The notes: a model not told the origin generated them from the letters alone. Shown: positions 29,560 to 40,176, counted from the stretch's first letter. The stretch: 64,000 nt of DNA from an uncultured Planctomycetota bacterium (GCA_963737655.1 CAVTTN010000002.1:3200001-3264000); one strand, 5' to 3'. Numbers and translations: made by a program.

Positions 29560-31140
29560 TCAGCCCTTCATCGCCAGGTCGCCCCGGGACTCGTCGGGCA
29601 CGTCGTCCTTGAACGGGTCGAACCAGGCTTCCTCGAAGTTGATCCGCCGCTTCTGCCTCATGGCGAGGTTGCTGGTCAGGGCGATCACGGCGTCGGCCAG
29701 GGCGACCTCGCCTCGGCACCTGGGCCGGAGCTTGTCGTCGGTGACCTTGTGGAAGTCGGGCCCCGCGTTGCGGATGCAATACGCGAAGTGTTCGAGCTCC
29801 TCGCGGTAGCCTCGCGAGGGGGCGTCGGTGGCGACGGCGCCATACGCGGCGGCGGCCGTGGGGCCGGAGACGCTGGGGCTGGCCTCGATCGTGGGCTTGC
29901 CCCCGGCGGGCTTCTCGACGGTGATCGCCGTGGACTTCGCCGATCCCCCGCCCTTGCCCGGGTTGCGGTCCGGCTCCTTGTAGAGAAGCAGGTCGTGCTC
30001 CTCCTCGACGATCATCGTCCCCCGGGTCCCCATCACGGTCTCGCCATACTTTTCGTAGGCGTTGGTGTTGATCGACGAATAGGTCACGACGACGTGATCC
30101 TTGCCCGTCGGGCCGGACTTGCCGGGGAACTCGAAGGTGACGAAGACGTGGTCATCGACCTCCCGGCCGTCGGTGTAGAAGAACGTCCCGCCGATCCCGG
30201 TGACGGCCAGGGGGTGGACCTTGCCGAGGAAGATCGAGCAGGCGTCGAGCTGGTGGCTGCCGAGCTCGGCCATCAGGCCGGCGCCGGTTCGGTTGTAGAG
30301 CCTCCAGCGGATGAGCTGGTCCAGGCTGTCGTAGTTGTACTTCTTGTAATCGATGTTCAGGTCATCGGGGGGGATCGGCGGCTTCCAGGAGTCGTAATAG
30401 ACGATGTTGCCGGCCTCGTCGCGGACGTAGACGGGATCGCCCTTCTCGTCGTAGTAGTAGCGGCCTTCCTTGTCCCTGGCGAGCATGGGGCACGCCTGGT
30501 TGCGGTGCCAGAGGGCCCGGATGTGGCGGATCTCGCCGAGGTGGCCGTTCTGGACGAGGTAATTCGCGTTGTCGTACAGGGCCGAATAGTGCCTCTGGTG
30601 GCCGATGGCCAGGAGCTTGTTGGCCTCGTGGGCGGTGCGGACCATCGCCTTGCACTCGCCGACGGAGTGGGCCATCAGCTTCTCGCAGAAGACGTGCTTG
30701 CCCGCCTTCATCGCCTTGATGGCGATCGGGGCGTGGAGGAACAGGGGCAGGGCGATGACGACCATCTCGACGTCCTTGTCCTCCAGGATCTTGTCGATGT
30801 CGTCGTAGACCCGGAGGTTCTCCACGTCGTTCTTGGTGTAGTCCTTGTGGGCGGCGAACTCCTTCTTGGCGCGCTCCCTCTGGGAGGGGCGGGCGTCGCA
30901 GAAGCCGATGTAGTCGATGAAGGCGCGGTTGTGGTCGCGGATCATGGCCTGGCAACCCTCGTTGCCCGTGCCGATGATCGCGGCCTTGACCGCCTTCTCG
31001 ATCCCGCTGTAGCCGAAGTAGAAGGCACCCAGCGCCGGCGCCACGGCGGCGGCCTGGAGGAACTGGCGGCGGGTCACGCCGATGGCCGTGTCGGCGTTCT
31101 CTCGGCCGAGGGCGCGTTGCTCAGGGGTCAGGAGGGCCAT
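29560..31140 (-). CDS. Gfo/Idh/MocA oxidoreductase with Tat motif
   Basis: TRRQFL, IIGTGNEG, GKHVFCEKLMA, GHQRHY, GLMAELGSHQLD. Confidence 0.9.
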   Translation of the reverse strand: MALLTPEQRALGRENADTAIGVTRRQFLQAAAVAPALGAFYFGYSGIEKAVKAAIIGTGNEGCQAMIRDHNRAFIDYIGFCDARPSQRERAKKEFAAHKDYTKNDVENLRVYDDIDKILEDKDVEMVVIALPLFLHAPIAIKAMKAGKHVFCEKLMAHSVGECKAMVRTAHEANKLLAIGHQRHYSALYDNANYLVQNGHLGEIRHIRALWHRNQACPMLARDKEGRYYYDEKGDPVYVRDEAGNIVYYDSWKPPIPPDDLNIDYKKYNYDSLDQLIRWRLYNRTGAGLMAELGSHQLDACSIFLGKVHPLAVTGIGGTFFYTDGREVDDHVFVTFEFPGKSGPTGKDHVVVTYSSINTNAYEKYGETVMGTRGTMIVEEEHDLLLYKEPDRNPGKGGGSAKSTAITVEKPAGGKPTIEASPSVSGPTAAAAYGAVATDAPSRGYREELEHFAYCIRNAGPDFHKVTDDKLRPRCRGEVALADAVIALTSNLAMRQKRRINFEEAWFDPFKDDVPDESRGDLAMKG

Positions 31141-31185
31141 GAGAAAGGCTCCGAGGGGCGGAGGGATCGTGGGGAGGTCCGAGGA

Positions 31186-32295
31186 TTATCGCTTCGATCG
31201 CCGCTGGGGGACGTGACCGCTGACCCCCGAGCCGGCCGCGGTCGGGATCGCCACGACCGGGCCGTTCGCCGGGTTCGGCGCGGCCGGCTCGGCCCGCTTG
31301 CGGCCGAACCGGCCGAAGAGGAGCGCGTCCAGGCCGAGCCACAGTCCGTTGGGCGTGCTCGCCAGGACGAGGCAGGCGATCAGCTCGACCATGTTCTTGT
31401 TGATGTACAGATAATGCCCTTCCGCGGCCGGGGCGGTGGGCAAGCCCGGCCACGGGGGCATGCTCAGGTAGAACATCAGCAGGTAGCCCGCGCCCCCCAG
31501 GGCCGCCAGGGGGGTCAGCAGGCCGAGCATCAGCCCGAGGCCCACCAGGACGAGGCCCCACATGGTCGTCAGGTTCACGAGGTCGAGGGTCGTCCACGGG
31601 GCCGACAGCGGGCCCCGGGCCTTCTTCTGGTCGGCCGTGGCGAGTTCGGTCACGGCGTCGGTGAACGTGCCGGTGTACAGGTCCACGTCGGCCACGAGCT
31701 CCCGGCGGGCCTTCTCCACGTCCTTGCGGTCCTTGTACGCCTGGGTCTTCTGGTACGGCAGGCTCTCGGGCGATTGCTCGACGTCCAGGACGTGCCTCAG
31801 GTCGCGATAATACTTGCGGACCTTCCTCGCGTTCTCGGGGTCGAGGAACCAGTCGTCGAGCTTGGCGGCTTCTCTCTTGTAGATTTCTTCCGCCTTGTCC
31901 TTCTGGCCCTGGTCGAAGCCGTAATGGGCTTCGATCCGCCCCATCTGGGCCTTCCAGGCGTTCATCAGACGGGTGGGGTGGCCGCCGGCGTCGCGTTCGA
32001 GCTTCGCCATGCTGTTGACGTCGGGCACCAGCGCCCGGAACTTCGGGGCGAGCGGCCCGGTGGCGTTGCGGAGGTAGCCCTCGGCCGAGAACGGCGGGTC
32101 TTTCTCCTTGTCCTTGTCGTAGGGGGCCGGCAGGATCTTCGTCAGGACGAAGCCGGCCCAGGTGTCGCGCTGGGCGGGCGTGGTGCTGATCTTCGACACC
32201 CCTTCGTACAGGAAGTGCCAGCCGATCGCCGTGCGGAGGAGCACGAGGAACAGGGCGCCGAAGAACCCGGGGTAGTAGCGTCTCGGGGCGGCCAG
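31186..32295 (-). CDS. DoxX/DoxD-like membrane protein; probable CTG start at 32295
   Basis: LLRTAIGWHFLYEGVSK, FSAEGYL, VGLGLMLGLLT, GHYLYINKN; AAGGAG lies 9 nt upstream of the CTG. Confidence 0.85.
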   Translation of the reverse strand: MAAPRRYYPGFFGALFLVLLRTAIGWHFLYEGVSKISTTPAQRDTWAGFVLTKILPAPYDKDKEKDPPFSAEGYLRNATGPLAPKFRALVPDVNSMAKLERDAGGHPTRLMNAWKAQMGRIEAHYGFDQGQKDKAEEIYKREAAKLDDWFLDPENARKVRKYYRDLRHVLDVEQSPESLPYQKTQAYKDRKDVEKARRELVADVDLYTGTFTDAVTELATADQKKARGPLSAPWTTLDLVNLTTMWGLVLVGLGLMLGLLTPLAALGGAGYLLMFYLSMPPWPGLPTAPAAEGHYLYINKNMVELIACLVLASTPNGLWLGLDALLFGRFGRKRAEPAAPNPANGPVVAIPTAAGSGVSGHVPQRRSKR

Positions 32296-32341
32296 GGGAG
32301 GGGCTCCTTCGTCTCTGTCGGGTCCAGGGCCCCGGATCGGG

Positions 32342-33418
32342 TCAGCCGGGGCGGAGAGTGGTAAACACGGCGGACGGGTCGAGCGAATCGGACGGGCGGA
32401 ACTCGCCGGGAGAGACGTTCAGGCCGACGATCCGGGGAGGGCCGCCCGGGTCGGCACCCTTCAGGGCGAACACCGCCCCCACCTCGGGCAGGCCGGCCAG
32501 GACCTCGCGAGTCCTCGCCGGTCCGAGCAGGTAGAAGGCGGTCGAGAACGCGTCGGCCTGGGCGGCCGTCGGCGCCACCACGGAGACGCTCCACGGGCCA
32601 TCGGCCGGGGGCTCGCCGGTCCTCGGGTCGAGGATGTGGCCGTAGAGCCGCCCGCCTTCCTCGAACTGCTGGAACGCCGCGCCCGAGGTGCCGAGCCCTC
32701 GGTTGCGGAGGCGGAACGTGCCGAGGGGGCGATCCGGGTCGATCGGGTTCCGCAACGCGACTTCCCACCGCGTCCCGATCGCCGGAGAACCGAGGGCGAA
32801 GACGCTCGATCGGCCCCCGTGGATCAGGGCCGAGGTCGGGAACCAGTGGTCGCGGAGGATCGCCGCGGCCTCGTCCAGGGCGTACCCCTTGCCGAGGCTG
32901 CCGAAGTTCAGGACGATCCCGGGCCGGTCGAAGCCGATGGTCCGGCCGTCGCGATCGAGCAAGAGGTGAGAGGCGCCGGTCCGATCACGGGCCCGGGCCA
33001 GCGAATCCGCGTCGGGGACTCGCCTCGGCCCTCGGGTGAAGCCCCAGGCGATCGAGAGGGCGCCGGCGGTGAGGTCATACGCCCCGGCCGTTTTCCGGCC
33101 GATCTCGACGGCCAATTCCACCAGCGAGAACAGCCGAGGATCGACCCGGACGAGCCCCTCGTGGGCCGTCTCGTTGAGCCGGGAGACCGGGGAATCGGCC
33201 CGGTAGACGGTCAGCAAGCTCTCGACGTCTTCGATCGCATCCAGGGCCCGGCAGGCGAGGTCCGCGGCTCCGGGAATCCCGGCCGGGAGGCGGACCTCGA
33301 ACGTCGTGGCCATCGCCGGACGCGAGGCACGCAGGAGGTCGCCCGACTCGACGAGGCCGGGGGCGACCGGCGAAGGCGCCGGTGAGCGGAGCCGTCGGAC
33401 CAGGTCGCGGCGATTCAC
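32342..33418 (-). CDS. apbE: FAD:protein FMN transferase
   Basis: AMATTFEV, GAYDLT, NFGSLGKGYALD, GTSG, YGHILDPRTG, ADAFSTA. Confidence 0.9.
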   Translation of the reverse strand: MNRRDLVRRLRSPAPSPVAPGLVESGDLLRASRPAMATTFEVRLPAGIPGAADLACRALDAIEDVESLLTVYRADSPVSRLNETAHEGLVRVDPRLFSLVELAVEIGRKTAGAYDLTAGALSIAWGFTRGPRRVPDADSLARARDRTGASHLLLDRDGRTIGFDRPGIVLNFGSLGKGYALDEAAAILRDHWFPTSALIHGGRSSVFALGSPAIGTRWEVALRNPIDPDRPLGTFRLRNRGLGTSGAAFQQFEEGGRLYGHILDPRTGEPPADGPWSVSVVAPTAAQADAFSTAFYLLGPARTREVLAGLPEVGAVFALKGADPGGPPRIVGLNVSPGEFRPSDSLDPSAVFTTLRPG

Positions 33419-33639
33419 GGCGCTTCGGCGAGGATTCACGCGACGCCTCGACGCTCTCGGCCTCGGAGGGTGGTTGGCTCGAAGAAAGGGCGTCTCGACG
33501 GGCCCGATCGCCCGGAAACGTCCGTCGGCGGGGGGACCGCCCTGGTTCGGCCTCACTCCGTCAGTATACTCGACCGCTCGGGGCGGAAAAGGGGGTAGTC
33601 GGCGGCGGAGAGCGGCCGTCCGGCGATCGGAGGTCCGTG

Positions 33640-36272
33640 ATGAGGCCGAATGTTCGGAGATCGCGATCGGCGGCGGCGGTTTTCGTCCTGGTGATGCTCT
33701 CCTTCCCGGTTTTCGCCCAGCTTCCCGAGGCCCCGCCCTCCGAACTCGGGTTCGATCCCGCGAAGCTCCACGAGATCGACGCGGCGGTGAACCGGGCGAT
33801 CGAGGCCAAGACGATCCCCGGGGCGGTCGTGGCGGTCGGCCGTCGCGGCAGGCTGGCGTTCGTCCGGGCTTATGGCCGGAGGGCGATCGTCCCTGAAGCC
33901 GAGCCGATGACCCGCGACTCGGTGTTCGACCTCGCCTCGCTGACCAAGCCGATCGCCACCGCGTCCTCGGTCCTGATCCTGGTGGATCGCGGCAAGCTCT
34001 CGCTGGACGACACCCTCGGCAAGCTCCTGCCCGAGTTCTCGGGAGGAGGCAAGGCCGGGATCACGGTGGAACAATTGCTCAGGCACCGAGCCGGCCTGAT
34101 CGCCGACAATCCGCTCTCCGACTACGCCAACGGCCCGGAAACGGCCTGGAAACGGCTCGCCGACCTGCGGACAACCGCCGAGCCCGGGTCTCGATTCGTG
34201 TACAGCGACGTGGGGTACATCCTGCTCGGCAAGATCGTCGAAAAAGTCTCCGGCCAGACCCTCCACGAGTTCACGACCGAGGCCCTCTTCGACCCTCTCG
34301 GGATGACCGGGACCGGCTACCAGCCCGGGCTCTCGGGCCGGGTGGACATCAAGAAAGTCGCTCCCACCGAGCCGATCGACGGAAAAATGACCCGGGGCGT
34401 CGTCCACGACCCCCGGGCCGGGCCCTGGGCGGCCAGGCCGGTCACGCCGGGCTGTTCGGCTCGGCCGATGACCTCGCCGTGTTCTGCCAGATGATCCTCG
34501 ATGGCGGGAAATCGCGAGACGGGCGGGTGATCCTCAGGCCCGAGACCGTCCGGGCGATGATCTCTCCCGGAGACACGCCGAAGGGCCAGAAACGCGGCCT
34601 GGGCTGGGACATCGAGACGGCGTACAGCGCCCCGAGGGGCCGGGTTTTCGGCCCGGAGAGCTTCGGCCACACCGGATTCACGGGCACGAGCCTGTGGATC
34701 GATCCCAAAACCCAAACCTTCGTCGTGATCCTGACCAATCGGGTCCACCCCGACGGCAAATCGCCGAGCCCGGGCGGCCTCCGGGGCGAGATCGCCACGA
34801 TCGTCGGCCGGGCGATCGTGGACCCGAGTCGTCCCGCCTCGGCCCCTCCGAACCCCGAGGCTCGGCCCAATCTCCTGATCCTGATCGGCGACGACCACGC
34901 CGGGGGGACGCTCGGCATCGACGGCGACCCTCGCCGCGCGACGCCTCGGCTCGATGCCCTGGCCCGAGACGGCGTGAGGTTCGACCGGGCCTATTGCAAC
35001 TCGCCCCTCTGCACGCCGAGCCGCCAGTCCCTGATCACCGGAAAATTGCCCCACGTCGTCGGCGTGACGAAGTTGACCACCCCCCTGCCCGACTCGACGA
35101 GGACCCTGGGCCACGTCCTCGCCGAAGCCGGCTACGACACCGGCGCCATCGGCAAGATGCACTTCAACAACGCAGGGCATCACGGGTTCGCCCTCCGGCT
35201 CGACTCGGCCGACTGGCTCGCGGACCTCCGCCGGTTCGATCCCCACCGGGCCGCCGCCCTCCGCCCGTTCCGGCCTTTCCAGGACCCGGCCTCGACCTGG
35301 CTGAACGCGGACGTTCAGCCGGTCGCCCTGCGATCGACCGAGATGGAGGCCAGTTTCTTCGCCGACCATGCCGCCGAATTCCTGGCCAAGCCCCGCGACC
35401 GGCCGTTCGGGCTGGTCGTGAGCTTCAACGAGCCGCATTCCCCCTTCCGGTTCCCGACCGATTCGCCCCGAAAGTACGACCCGGGCGAGTTCTCCGCCCC
35501 CCCGATGACCGAGGCCGACGTCCGCGACCGACCGGCGGTCTTCGAGGGGCTGACCGAGGCCCAGGTCCGGGGCGTCCAGGCGGCCTACTACTCGTCGGTC
35601 GCGTTCCTCGATTCGCGGATCGGTCAGGTCCTCGATGCCCTGGCCGCCTCGGGCCGGGCGGATTCGACGATCGTGGTCTACGTGGGCGATAACGGATACA
35701 TGCGCGGGCATCACGGCCGGTTCGAGAAGCATTGCTTCTTCGAACCCGCGATCCGGGTCCCCCTGATCGTCCGCTGGCCGGGTCACCTGCCCAGGGACCG
35801 CGCGATCTCGGGGATGGTCGAGACGATCGATGTGTCTCCGACCCTCCTGGAACTCGTCGGCCTGCCGGTGCCGGACGACCTCCAGGGCCGGAGCCTCGTC
35901 TCCTTGATGAAGGCCGAGCCGGGCGCCTCCGGCCGCGACCTCGTCTTCTCGGAGTATTTCGAGAACGAGGAGGCGATGGTGCGAGACGTTCGATACAAGC
36001 TGATCGTGGGGCGAGGCAAGCACGTCCGGACCGACGGCTACGCCCCGAAACGGCCGCCATCGGGGCCGTATGAGGTCCTCTTCGACACCCAGGACGACCC
36101 CGGCGAGACCCGCGACGTCTCGGCCGATCCCTCGCGAAAGCCGGTCGTCGATCGCCTGAAAACCGCCCTCCTCGAACAGCTCCTGATCGGTCGGCCGAAC
36201 CTGGCCCGGGTCGTCCGGGAGATGCCGGTTGACGGCGCTCTTCAAAAGGCCCTGGAGGCTCCTGACCGCTGA
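33640..36272 (+). CDS. Secreted serine hydrolase (beta-lactamase family) fused to a sulfatase; frameshift at ~34419
   Basis: ASLTK (SxxK), YSD, VHDP, GHTGFTG; then PNLLILIGDD, CTPSR, GKMH, PHSP, GDNG, EK. Confidence 0.88.
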
Positions 36273-36283
36273 GGCGGGGGAGG

Positions 36284-36472
36284 GTGTCCGAAAAAATGGT
36301 GTTAGATCTGCTGTGTAGCAGACCCTTGAAGCGTCAGGATCGAGTAGGTCCGACTTCAGTCGGGCCTACCAGAATCCCTTTTTTCGTAGGCCCGACTGAA
36401 GTCGGACCTACTCGTCTCCTCATTCTCAATGGGTTTGCTATACAGCAGATCTGACACCATTTTTTCGGACAC
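36284..36472. mobile_element. Nested palindromic MITE/REPIN-like element (family C)
   Basis: 42-bp outer inverted repeats (3 mismatches) enclosing inverted GTAGGTCCGACTTCAGTCGGGCCTAC units at 36344-36369 and 36386-36411. Confidence 0.85.
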
Positions 36473-36503
36473 TCGTTCCCCGCCGATCTCCCGTCCAGAC
36501 GGA

Positions 36504-37540
36504 TCAACCCCGCCCCATCAGCGCCCTCAGGATCAGCATCTCCAGGTGTTCGTACTTGCGGGCGAGCCGGAGCTCCTCGACCGTGCGTTCGTCCACGGTG
36601 CGAACGACCTCCAGGAGCCTCTCGAACATGGCCCTGGAGTTCGCCAGGTGGGTCGTCGAATCTTCGAGGGGGGTGGTCCTCATGGCCTTGATGTCCAGGC
36701 CGACGCAGCCGTCGAAATCGGACCTGTCCAGGACCCAGACCTGATCGAAGGCCCGGCGGAGATCGACGGCGCCGAAGGTCTTGTCCTGGTCGTACTTCAG
36801 GCCGTTCTGGTCGTTCAGGTGGACGCTCCAGAGCTTGCCGTGCCAGAGGGCGTAGGCCATGTCGTCGGAGGGGTCGAGCCCGGCGAGGATCGAGTGGCGC
36901 TCTCGATCAAGACGCCCGATCGCGAGGGGTCCACCGTCCGGTAGCAGACGCCGATCATGTGGCCGACGGTGGGCAAATACGCCTGGTCCATCGGCTCGTT
37001 GGGCTTCGCCTCGCCGAGGATGCGGATGTCCTTGTCGTGCTCCAGGATCGCGTTGAAGGCGTCGAGCAGCCGGCCGATGGCGGTCCTCGCGTCCTTGGCC
37101 TCGCGGATGTAGGTGCCCTCGCGGGCCAGCCAGAGGACGAGGTCCTTCGTGCCGATCTCGCGGGCGATATCGACGGCCATCCTGGCGCGGTCGATCGCGT
37201 ACTTGCGTTCGGTTTCGGAGTTCGAGGTGAACGCGCCGTCGATCGTCCGGGGGTCTTCCCAGAGCCTCGGCGCGACGAATTCGGCGAACAGTCCTTCGCC
37301 CTCGATCATGGATTTGACCGACGCGATCCCCTTGAGCTTGGCGGGCCAGTCCCAGTCGTCGGGGACGATGTCGTCGTCGTGGAACTGGACGGCGTCGAAC
37401 CCGAGCTCCTTGTACATGCGGATCTTGCGGGCGAATTCGATCTCCTTGCGGACCGGGGGGCCGAACGGGTCGGCCCCGGTGGAGATGTTCCAGGGTCCGA
37501 ACGAGAACCTGTAGGACTTGGGTGCGGTGCCGGCGGGCAT
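36504..37540 (-). CDS. xylA: Xylose isomerase-like enzyme; frameshift at ~36896
   Basis: FSFGPW..GADPFG, FHDDD, DGAFTS, WLAREG, EAKPNEP, ESA(H), HLNDQNGLKYDQDKTFG. Confidence 0.8.
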
Positions 37541-37686
37541 GGTCGGCGGGGCTCCGATCGAGTTTTTTCGCGAAGCGATCGGCCGTAGCCGACCGGACGG
37601 CCGATACAGTAATCTGCTCGGTGGCGAGTGGCTACGCCCGACCGTCCCAAACCGATACGAACCGAACCGAGTGGGTCCGGCCGTCG

Positions 37687-37986
37687 ATGAAACTCTGGCA
37701 CCTGTCTTTCGTCGTCCTGCTCCTGGCGATGATGATGGCGATCGCCCGCGACGAGATCGGCCGCGTGGCGCTGGTCGTCTTCCTCACGGGGATCGCGCTG
37801 ATCGTCCTCGGCGTGTCGTCCCTGATGATGCTGTTCCGGACGGTCGCGGCGCTCGGCTCGGCCGAGACGCTGTCGTCCTCGATGGAGGCGCTCGCGGCGA
37901 CGGCCGCGGTCCTGCTGATCGGCGCGGCCTCGATGTGGCTGGCGCTCTGGGTCGGGCTGGGGTTGATCTGGATGATGCTCGGATGA
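37687..37986 (+). CDS. Small membrane protein (~3 TM)
   Basis: MKLWHLSFVVLLLAMMM...; strongly hydrophobic with coding-type codon bias. Confidence 0.65.
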   Translation: MKLWHLSFVVLLLAMMMAIARDEIGRVALVVFLTGIALIVLGVSSLMMLFRTVAALGSAETLSSSMEALAATAAVLLIGAASMWLALWVGLGLIWMMLG

Positions 37987-38160
37987 GAGGCATGCCGGGC
38001 CGGACGCTCCGTCTCTGGCCGCTTTGCGCGGCGGTCGCCGAGATCGCGTTCGTGTGCTCCTCGTACCGGAACGCGCAGGTTCGCGGCCTCGTCGCCTGCT
38101 TCGGATTGAGCAGACAAGCCCTGAGGGCCATTCACCCGCGATGGCTGCTCGCCGGCCTTC

Positions 38161-38217
38161 GTAGGGCAGGCCTCGGCCTGCCGTCTTCACGGATCGGCAG
38201 GCCGAGGCCTGCCCTCC
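38161..38217. repeat. REP family B doublet (GTAGGGCAGGCCTCGGCCTGCC + inverse)
   Basis: Inverted pair with a 13-nt spacer; homologous to 41760-41816. Confidence 0.8.
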
Positions 38218-38347
38218 AAAAGGTGCGAGCCGAGGATGTCCCACGTCTGGGGTGGGAGCGCCCGTCTGGCGACCCGTCGGCCGAATGGTTAGCCTGGAGC
38301 GGTCGGGAGATTTCGGGAGCCGATCCGCGCGAGGAGCCGCCGCCATC

Positions 38348-40066
38348 ATGTCCGTCGCCTACGTCCCCGAGACCTTCCCCCGCCGCTGGCTCCCCCAGAA
38401 CGCCGAGTTCAAGACCTGGGAGGCGATCGAGCCCCTGTATCGCCGGCTCCTCGACCGCGAGATCACCTCGGCCCAGGAGCTGGAACGCTGGCTGTTCGAC
38501 GTCGGCGAGCTGTCCGGGGCCGTGGGACAGGAAGGGGTCGAGCGGTACATCGCGATGACCTGCCAGACCGACGACGCCGCCCGCGAGGCCGCCTACCTGG
38601 AGTTCGTCCGAGACATCGAGCCGAAGCTCAAGCCCCTCCACAACGCGATCCGCGAGAAATATCTCGACAGCCCGTTCCGAACCGAGCTGCCCCGAGACCG
38701 CTACTTCGTCTTCGATCGGTCGCAGGAGAACCGCCGGGCCCTCTATCGCGAGGCGAACATCCCGAGGGAGACCGAGCTGGCCGAGCTGGAGCAGCAGTAC
38801 CAGAAGATCGTGGGGGCGATGACCGTCTCGTTCCGGGGCGAGGAGAAAACCCCCGCCCAGATGGCCCCGTTCCAGGAAGAGACCGATCGGGCCGTCCGCC
38901 AGGAGGCGTGGGAGATCGTCGCGAAGCGGAGGCTGGAAGAGCGCGACAGGCTCGACGACCTGTTTGACTGGATGATCGCGCTCCGGCAGGAGGTCGCCAC
39001 GGAGGCGGGGTTCGCCTCGTTCACCGAGTATGCCTATCGCCTCCGGGAGCGGTTCGACTACGGCCAGGCCGAGGCGAAAGCCTTCCAGGACGCCATCGAG
39101 CGGGTCGTCGTCCCCCTGGCGCGGACGTTCCAGGAAGACCGGCGGAGGAAGCTCGGCGTCGAGACGCTCCGGCCGTGGGACGTGTCGGTGGACCCCCTGG
39201 GACGGCCCCCGCTCCGGCCGTTTTCCGAGGCCGACCGGCTGGCCGAGGGGAGCGAGGCCATCTTCCTGGACGTCGATCCCGAGCTCGGCCGCCAGTTCGC
39301 CTTCATGAGGAAGCAGGGCCTGCTCGACCTGGCCAACCGCAAGGGCAAGGCCCCCGGCGGGTATCAGACGACCCTGGAAGACGATCGCCTGCCGTTCATC
39401 TTCATGAACGCCGTCGGCATGGATGGCGACGTGAGGACCCTTTTGCACGAAGGGGGCCACGCCTTCCACGCCCTGGCGTCTCGAGGCGAGCCCCTGGCCG
39501 CCTACCGCGACGCCCCCATCGAGTTCTGCGAGGTCGCCTCGATGAGCATGGAGCTGCTCGGCGCGCGCAACCTCGAAATGTTTTACGAGAAGGCGGACGC
39601 CGATCGGTCCTATCGCCAGTTGCTCGAAGGGATCGTGCTGATCCTGCCGTGGATCGCCACGGTGGACGCCTTCCAGCACTGGGTCTACGCCCATCCCGGG
39701 CACTCGCGAGACGAGCGCCGAGCCGCCTGGACGGCCCTCCTCGACCGCTTCGGCGGAGAGGTGGACTGGTCGGGCCACGAGGACGCCAGGGCGAGCTCGT
39801 GGCATCGTCAGTTGCATATTTTCCTCTATCCCTTCTACTACATCGAATACGGGATCGCCCAGTTGGGGGCCCTGCAGGTCTGGAGGAACGCCTCGGCCGA
39901 TCGGGCCTCGGCGGTGGAGGCGTATCGCCGAGGGCTGTCGCTCGGAGGCTCCCGGCCGTTGCCCGAATTGTTCTCGGCGGCCGGCATCCGGTTCGATTTC
40001 ACCGAGGCCACATTGGCTCCCCTGATCGAGACGATCCGAGGGGAGTTGGACCGGCTGGGGGATTGA
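38348..40066 (+). CDS. M3 family oligoendopeptidase (PepF-like)
   Basis: RKGKAPGGY, LLHEGGHAFH, EVASMSME, FYYIEYGIAQLGA. Confidence 0.93.
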   Translation: MSVAYVPETFPRRWLPQNAEFKTWEAIEPLYRRLLDREITSAQELERWLFDVGELSGAVGQEGVERYIAMTCQTDDAAREAAYLEFVRDIEPKLKPLHNAIREKYLDSPFRTELPRDRYFVFDRSQENRRALYREANIPRETELAELEQQYQKIVGAMTVSFRGEEKTPAQMAPFQEETDRAVRQEAWEIVAKRRLEERDRLDDLFDWMIALRQEVATEAGFASFTEYAYRLRERFDYGQAEAKAFQDAIERVVVPLARTFQEDRRRKLGVETLRPWDVSVDPLGRPPLRPFSEADRLAEGSEAIFLDVDPELGRQFAFMRKQGLLDLANRKGKAPGGYQTTLEDDRLPFIFMNAVGMDGDVRTLLHEGGHAFHALASRGEPLAAYRDAPIEFCEVASMSMELLGARNLEMFYEKADADRSYRQLLEGIVLILPWIATVDAFQHWVYAHPGHSRDERRAAWTALLDRFGGEVDWSGHEDARASSWHRQLHIFLYPFYYIEYGIAQLGALQVWRNASADRASAVEAYRRGLSLGGSRPLPELFSAAGIRFDFTEATLAPLIETIRGELDRLGD

Positions 40067-40102
40067 GGCGAAGGGTGGGCGGGCGTCGCCCGCCTGCGGT
40101 TT

Positions 40103-40150
40103 GGTGCATTTCATGCACCCTACACCACGGTGCATTTCATGCACCCTACA
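40103..40150 (-). repeat. Two tandem direct REP family A units
   Basis: ggtgcatttcatgcaccctac at 40103-40123 and 40129-40149. Confidence 0.85.
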
Positions 40151-40176
40151 GATTGTGCATTTGACGTGCGCGACTT

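Noticed and set aside
37992..38160. Possible remnant of a small membrane-protein paralogue (MPGRTLRLWPLCAAVAEIAFVC) running into a REP
   Set aside because: Similarity is limited to a short hydrophobic stretch and cannot be supported without alignment.
40103..40150. Two direct repeats as a mini-CRISPR
   Set aside because: The spacer is only 5 nt, and the unit is the dispersed REP family A.
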